Shown one piece after another: positions 58,258-64,000 of a DNA stretch of 64,000 nucleotides. Every line of letters begins with the position of its first letter. Positions within the stretch are counted from its first letter, which is position 1. The stretch lies in NCBI GenBank assembly GCA_021513695.1, contig CP084166.1, forward strand, positions 1,312,001-1,376,000. The letters are read 5' to 3'. The translations under genes and the position numbers were made by a program. The notes under the pieces were generated by a model. That model ran no database searches. It was given only the letters and a program-made list of their open reading frames with translations, and was not told the origin of the DNA. The stretch is from Candidatus Heimdallarchaeum aukensis (lineage in GTDB: Archaea > Asgardarchaeota > Heimdallarchaeia > Heimdallarchaeales > Heimdallarchaeaceae).

Positions 58258-60228
58258 TTGTTCCGAGAACTAAATGTTCAAAAAATTGCAGAACAACTAA
58301 CAATTGTCCCAGAAGAGATTAAAGAATACATACGCTTTCTTATTCAAAGCATGGTTTTGAGAGGTTTTTATAAAAAAGAAACATTTTATGTAAATGCTTT
58401 TTATTTGTGGCCATTTGTTGAATCAGTAAATTTTAATGAAAGTCAGTATATAATTATGGGGTTATTGTCTTCGAGAAGAGTTATGCCTTTTACAGATGTA
58501 GCTAATTTTTTAAAAATAACTAAAGAGCAATTAATAGCACAACTAGAGACTTTAATTTATCATGGAGTTGTAATTTGTTACATTAAAAGAAATAAAATAA
58601 TTACTGACTGGCTATGGAGACCACCAGATGAAATTAAAGTCTCTGAACAAGATGTTCATATAATTGGAACTGCAATGATGCTTAGAAAAGCTAAAATCAA
58701 AGATATTGCTAAATTTTTAAAATATTCTGAAGAAGAAGTTGTCCAGAAAATTTCTAAATTGCTACTTTTTAGAAAGGTAGAAGCTGAATTTATCCTTAAA
58801 ACTAAATTTTTTGCTAAAGATACCATATCAATTATTGTTAGAAAATTCATTATTCAACCAGAAAAGAAAGAACTGAGCTTACTTCCAGTAAACGAAAAGG
58901 AAATCATAGGATTTCTTTTATTAACAAAAAAAGCGAAGTTAAAATCGATAAGCCGATTTATAGAAAAACCAATTAATGAAACAGTAAAACTACTAGCTTC
59001 ATTAACAGCAAAAGGAACATTTCAATTCATTTTTTCATCAAAGAAAACAGTTAGCCCCGTTATAATACCAGATATAAAACCTAAAAGAACTATTGAAGAA
59101 ATGGCTTCATTATCTTTCTTTAACTATGAAGCATTGTTAGGTATGTTAACTACAAGAAAGAGGATAAAAGTCAAGAAACTCTCTTTTTGGATGAATAGAG
59201 AAGACGACGAAATAATCGAGGCATTAATTAACTTATATTTGGAAGGATTCATTTCATGTACTTTGGTAAAGAAGGTAGTATATATTGAAGGGATATATCA
59301 ATATAGTAGAACACAAGAGGGAAGTTTAGAACGGTGGGAAAAAATAATTCTAGGAATGGTTATAGCTAAAACCATAATCTCTGTAAAAGATATTAGTAAA
59401 TCATTTGGTACTGATAAACTTATAGCACGTGAAAAACTGTATTCTTTTTATGGAAAGGGTCTAATAAAAGGAGAACTACATGATTTTAGAATTAATACAA
59501 AATTAATTCCAGAGGAAATTCCTGTGTTTCCTCCTTTGAATCAAATCGAAGATTTTCCAATTCACTATCAAGAAATTTTTGGATATATTATTTCAAATAT
59601 TACTGTAAACGTTTCAAAAATGGCTAAAATATGGAACAAAAGCAAAAACGCGATTAAAAATATTATTTATGAATTAACAGGGGCTGGTGTAATTAATGTC
59701 ATACAAAATCGTAACGTCTTTATTCTACAATCAGCTCAAAAATATTATCCAACACAAGAAATAAACGCTTTAGGACATGAATATGTTCAGATTATAAATG
59801 AAATTGAAAAAAGCAGGAGAAGAAGAGTAAGAATTGAGCACATTCAAAAACGAGTAAACATCCCTCAGATCGATATTTTCAAGATTATTTGTCAATTATT
59901 AGCTCATGGCTACTATAGAGGAACAATTTCTGAAAAAGTTTTTATTAGAAAAGGAAAGCTTATTGTTCCTGTTGGCAAACTCAAATGCTATTACTGCGGA
60001 CATACTATAGAAGACAGTCACCTATCATGTCCAAATTGTTCAAAGGCACAACCATTGTGTATCATCTGTAACGGGTTAATAAAAAGAGGACAAGAAGTTC
60101 TAGAATGTCCCAATTGTGAAAATGTTGGACATAAAGAACATATGCGAAAATGGATTTCTATAAAGGAAGAATGCCCAATTTGTAAAACTCAAATATCAAA
60201 GAGAAATCTAATAGAAAAAGTAGCGTAA
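58258..60228 (+). CDS. multi-winged-helix-repeat protein with C-terminal Zn-finger cluster (RING/treble-clef-like)
   Basis: about 6 repeated about 80-aa units with the WH-like pattern (L..KEQLIAQLETLIYHGVV); C-terminus CYYCGH...CPNC...CIICNG...CPNCENVGHKEH...CPICK. Confidence 0.45.
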   Translation: MFRELNVQKIAEQLTIVPEEIKEYIRFLIQSMVLRGFYKKETFYVNAFYLWPFVESVNFNESQYIIMGLLSSRRVMPFTDVANFLKITKEQLIAQLETLIYHGVVICYIKRNKIITDWLWRPPDEIKVSEQDVHIIGTAMMLRKAKIKDIAKFLKYSEEEVVQKISKLLLFRKVEAEFILKTKFFAKDTISIIVRKFIIQPEKKELSLLPVNEKEIIGFLLLTKKAKLKSISRFIEKPINETVKLLASLTAKGTFQFIFSSKKTVSPVIIPDIKPKRTIEEMASLSFFNYEALLGMLTTRKRIKVKKLSFWMNREDDEIIEALINLYLEGFISCTLVKKVVYIEGIYQYSRTQEGSLERWEKIILGMVIAKTIISVKDISKSFGTDKLIAREKLYSFYGKGLIKGELHDFRINTKLIPEEIPVFPPLNQIEDFPIHYQEIFGYIISNITVNVSKMAKIWNKSKNAIKNIIYELTGAGVINVIQNRNVFILQSAQKYYPTQEINALGHEYVQIINEIEKSRRRRVRIEHIQKRVNIPQIDIFKIICQLLAHGYYRGTISEKVFIRKGKLIVPVGKLKCYYCGHTIEDSHLSCPNCSKAQPLCIICNGLIKRGQEVLECPNCENVGHKEHMRKWISIKEECPICKTQISKRNLIEKVA

Positions 60229-60252
60229 ATAATCTAAAAAGCGATATTATTT

Positions 60253-60996
60253 CTAATTTTTCTTTTTCACGTACTTATCAGAAACTATAGTACCATCATG
60301 CATTGTAATTTGCCTTTGAGCTAGTTTTGCTTGTTTTGTGTTATGTGTTACAAAAATTAATGTTTTTTCTTTCTCTTTTGCGATATCCAGTAATAGATTC
60401 ATTATACTATTTCCAGTTTTACTATCTAGATTACCAGTTGGTTCGTCTGCCAATATTATTTTTGGGTCATTTGCTAAGCTTCTAGCTATAGCAACTCTTT
60501 GCTGTTCTCCTCCTGACAGTTGATCTGGTTTATGATCTCCTCTTTCTTCTAGTCCAACTAATTCCAATAATTCTTTAACCCTTTTTTTCCTAAATTCTTT
60601 TGGTTTTTTTGCGAGTATTAAAGGCATTTCAATATTTTTTGCAGCATTAAGTTCTTCTAATAAGTTAAACTGTTGAAAAACATATCCCAAAGTGTCTCTT
60701 CTTAAACGACTTAATTCTTTTTCAGAGAGAGCAGCTAAATTTTTTCCTTCAATAAAAATTGACCCCTTATCAGGATAATCCAAAGCACCAATTAGATTTA
60801 AGAGTGTAGTTTTACCACTTCCAGACATTCCTACTATTGATATTATTTCGCCTTCATTAATTGATAAGTTAATATTTGATAATGCATTAACAACAGTATC
60901 TCCTAATCTATATCGTTTATGCAAGTTTTTAATGACCAAAATGTGCTTTCCATAAGTAGTTTCTTCATTTGGTTTTTTCTTCATTATCTGAAACAT
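60253..60996 (-). CDS. ABC-transporter ATP-binding protein (LolD/MacB-type)
   Basis: Walker A GMSGSGKTTLLNLIG; signature LSGGEQQRVAIARSL; Walker B ILADEPTGNLD. Confidence 0.85.
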   Translation of the reverse strand: MFQIMKKKPNEETTYGKHILVIKNLHKRYRLGDTVVNALSNINLSINEGEIISIVGMSGSGKTTLLNLIGALDYPDKGSIFIEGKNLAALSEKELSRLRRDTLGYVFQQFNLLEELNAAKNIEMPLILAKKPKEFRKKRVKELLELVGLEERGDHKPDQLSGGEQQRVAIARSLANDPKIILADEPTGNLDSKTGNSIMNLLLDIAKEKEKTLIFVTHNTKQAKLAQRQITMHDGTIVSDKYVKKKN

Positions 60997-61339
60997 CTAA
61001 ATCTCTCTCTTTACGCACATTATTTAATTTTTCTCTTGGAAATCGGTCTTTCATTATTTTGAGTTCTTCCATCCATGCTTTCTCTAGATCGACATCTAAA
61101 ATCAAAGAAAGTTGCAATAGTAAAGTGAATGATTGAGCCAATTCTCTTTGTAGATCATGTTTATTAGGTTTTTTATGTCCCATTGATTCTGTCTTATATT
61201 CTATATCAAAAAGGATGTGCTTTCCTACTTCACCAAGTTCTTCGATTAAATGAATAAAAACTGCATGTGCCGGAAAGTTCAACCAATCTCTTTGAATCAA
61301 AAATTCTCTTAATTCATTTATAATTTCTTTGAATTTCAT
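60965..61339 (-). CDS. MazG-like nucleotide pyrophosphohydrolase domain protein
   Basis: LIEELGEVGKH and ELAQSFTLLLQLSLILDVDLEKAWMEEL (EExxE/D metal-binding helices). Confidence 0.55.
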   Translation of the reverse strand: MKFKEIINELREFLIQRDWLNFPAHAVFIHLIEELGEVGKHILFDIEYKTESMGHKKPNKHDLQRELAQSFTLLLQLSLILDVDLEKAWMEELKIMKDRFPREKLNNVRKERDLDVSDNEEKTK

Positions 61340-61600
61340 ATAAAAGATGTGTCTTAATAATATTTATAAATATCCGTTTTATTATATTATAAAATTGTAC
61401 AAATATAAATTGAGAAAAAAGGTCACTATAAAAAAGAAAGAAAAGATTACAGAATAATATTTCTGCATGACAATGTAATTCGATATTTGAAAAAGATTAT
61501 TAGGAAGGTAATCAAAGAAACAAACAATTACTGGTGTATCATGTTCGTTAAAAGGTTTGAAGCTAAACTATCAGCAGAATAAAGGGGTGTTTAATCTAGT

Positions 61601-63381
61601 TTGCCAAGAAAACAAAATAAAAATAAAAAAATCGATCATGTTTTACAAAGCAGTGACAAACTATTGGATTTTATCACCTCTGAAATATTAAATGCTACAG
61701 AAAAAATTTATGCATGTTTTCCACCAGGAGAAAGATTAGGAAAACTTTTTGAGTTTAAGCAAGAAACTTTTTTCACTGTTTTTAAGAAGAATTTTCTACC
61801 TATAAAAGAAACCTTAATGAAAGATATTAACAACATCCCAAAAGAAAAGACAAATAAATTACTAATTGTAGGAAACCTATTTTTTGAGTTAAATGATTTA
61901 GATTCAGCAATTAAAATATATGAAAGAATAGTCAAATTAGATGAAACAAATATTTATGCTTGGAGTAACTTATTAACAATTTATCTTGAAAAAAATAAAA
62001 ACAAAAAGGCTCTAGAATGCTATATCCATATTCCACCAAATTTTATGCAAAGCACCATTTATGAGAAGATGAACAGAAAACTTGATGCTTATAGGATATT
62101 GAATATTTCCTCTTTAATCTCATATGAAGAAAAAATTTTTTCAATATCAAATGCAGAAACCATGCCTGAAGAACAAAGAGTAGAGTATGAAAACAAGTTA
62201 AGAGAACTCTACTCAGATATTGAATTTGCTAAAGGTCAAGAAGCATTAGCAAATGGGGAAATTGACGAAGCATTAATTTACTTTACAGGGTTAACAAGAA
62301 AGTATCCTAAAAGCGACATCTTGTTTTATATTTTAGGAAAAACAGCTCTTGATGGTAAACATTACGTAATATCAGAAGAGTACTTAAAAAAAGCAATAAA
62401 GATAGCGAACAATGTTCCTGATTATTGGGTTGCTTTATCAAGATGTTTTTTTGAACAACATAAAAATGAGCAAGCAGTTAAAGCTTTAAAAACAGCATTA
62501 ACACTTAATCCTTCAAATTCAGAGGCATGGGAACTAGCTGGAAAAATGGTTAAAATTTTAGAAGCTCTCAATGAGTATAATTATCTAATTAATAAGTTAA
62601 AAACTATTTCCACAAACACTGCGTATTCTTTATTTGCTAATGAACTTATTGCTTCCAAGAAATACTCTTCAGCTTTGGAAATATTACAATACGGAACAGA
62701 AAAATTTCCTGATGATGTCAGTCTCCTTGAGAAACTTGCTTTGGTTTACGAAAGGATGATGAAATTTGACGAAGCAATCACCATTTACGAAAAACTTATT
62801 CGAGTAGGAAGTAATAGTCAAAAATATCTGAGGAAAATAACCTCAATTCTCACAATATTACATGATGACACACGTTTAGTAAAGATCCTAAAAATGGTAT
62901 CAGCTTATATTCCAATAAATGAACCTGCATTGTGGGATAAAATTGGAAATATTTTACTTAAAGCAAAAGATTATTTTGGAGCGAGCGAAGCTTTTCGCAA
63001 AGTAATTTCTTTTAATCAAAATGACCCTAAAGTTTTATTTAATCTGGCCTTAACATATCAAGAGCTCTCACTTTACAAAAAAGCAGAAGAAACATATAAA
63101 AAAGTAATAGAGTTAAATCCACACGATCACGCAGCCCTAAACAATTTAGGAAATGTACTAAAAGAACAAAAAAGTACGATGAAGCAATAGAATGCTATAA
63201 GAAAGCAGTTCAGATTGAGCCCGATAAAGCGATTTCATTTGCAAATCTTGGAATCCTTTATGAAGAACTAAGATTAAAGAATGAAGCCAAAGAATGTTAT
63301 AGAAAAGCGAAAGAAATTGCTCTAAAGAACAAAGATTATGATTCAGCAGCAAAGTTTGAAGAATGGGAAAATTCAGTGTAA
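61601..63381 (+). pseudogene. TPR-repeat protein interrupted by a frameshift in an A6 homopolymer (63168-63173); reading continues in the +1 frame to 63381
   Basis: the TPR repeat ...NNLGNVLKEQK|(K)YDEAIECYKKAVQIEPDKAISFANLGILYEE... is restored if the run is A7; ORF opens with TTG. Confidence 0.6.
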
Positions 63382-63927
63382 ATGTTATTGATAAAAATGG
63401 AAAAGAAAAAAGAATGGGCTATTGCTCAAGAAAAAATTACAGGATATATCCAAAAGCTTGGTTTTGATGTTTGGAAAGAAAGAAAAATAAACAACAAACG
63501 TGTTGATATTCTCGCTAAAAAAGTTTCAAGAGAGAAGATTACTTATCTAGTTTTTGAAATCAAACACTATAATAGAGTACATGCACATAATGAAAGAGAG
63601 TTTTTTGTACAAATTCAAGATTATGTGAAAGAATTATTACTCCGTGAAGTAGCCCGTAAATCAGCAAAAAAAGTATTAAGAGATTATATGTTCATTGGAT
63701 ACCTTGTTTTCACAAATGATTTTGGTTTATTTAAAAATAGAAAAAAAGATTGGAAAAGAAATTTTTTTCATCAAAGTGAAAAAGTTCTTAGAGAAATTTG
63801 GAGAAAGAAAGTTTCTTTTTTTTATTCTACTCCAGAATTTATTAAAAGAAATTTAGTAAGTTTGGGATTAGATTTAGATAAACAGTTAACATTAAACCAA
63901 CTTTTTAATTGTGAAGAAAACAAATAA
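63382..63927 (+). CDS. PD-(D/E)xK nuclease-fold protein (restriction-endonuclease-like), start probably ATG at 63397
   Basis: RVDILAKK ... YLVFEIKHY (D...E-x-K arrangement). Confidence 0.4.
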   Translation: MLLIKMEKKKEWAIAQEKITGYIQKLGFDVWKERKINNKRVDILAKKVSREKITYLVFEIKHYNRVHAHNEREFFVQIQDYVKELLLREVARKSAKKVLRDYMFIGYLVFTNDFGLFKNRKKDWKRNFFHQSEKVLREIWRKKVSFFYSTPEFIKRNLVSLGLDLDKQLTLNQLFNCEENK

Positions 63928-64000
63928 AAATAAAAGTAAGAAAAGAGCTGTTATTCTTAGATAATGAGTAAACTCGAAGATAGTATTAAAGAACATCTGG

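Overview
This is a very AT-rich (about 30% GC) archaeal chromosomal segment, densely coded on both strands, with no rRNA, tRNA, CRISPR or transposase visible by eye. The gene content points to an Asgard-type (Lokiarchaeia-like) archaeon; this is an inference from the sequence, not a database result. It carries a Nop5-fibrillarin operon in which Nop5 has a eukaryote-like lysine-rich tail, an Elp3 homologue, ribosomal protein eS30, and a Rag/Gtr-like small GTPase (HKxD G4 motif) fused to a roadblock domain. Promoters are of the TATA-box type, and many secreted proteins end in a hydrophobic helix plus a basic tail. Housekeeping genes include phosphoglycerate kinase, glutamine synthetase, an M20 amidohydrolase, GalT, a GalK-like kinase, GH57, a FolP-like DHPS and CofE. 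The most striking structural feature is a near-perfect 2.7-kb tandem direct duplication (39926-42663 and 42664-45400). It duplicates the promoter and the 5' 616 nt of a compact SMC gene together with the 3' 2 kb of a 1015-aa surface-protein gene, leaving one intact and one truncated copy of each. The SMC gene heads a tight four-gene operon (SMC, ScpA-sized protein, ScpB-sized protein, Zn-ribbon protein). Other notable items follow. A 1078-aa protein fuses an LVIVD beta-propeller to a two-domain ABC permease, next to a substrate-binding protein. A GC-rich structured ncRNA candidate of about 230 nt (identity unresolved: SRP RNA or RNase P RNA are the main candidates) lies between eS30 and the amidohydrolase. 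A divergent pair of paralogous anchored surface proteins sits next to a transglutaminase-like protein. One protein fuses a VTE5-like polyprenol kinase to a VTE6-like (DUF92) domain. There are two candidate operator motifs. A TPR gene is broken by a homopolymer frameshift; together with an A8/A7 difference between the two repeat copies, this suggests homopolymer-length errors in the assembly.
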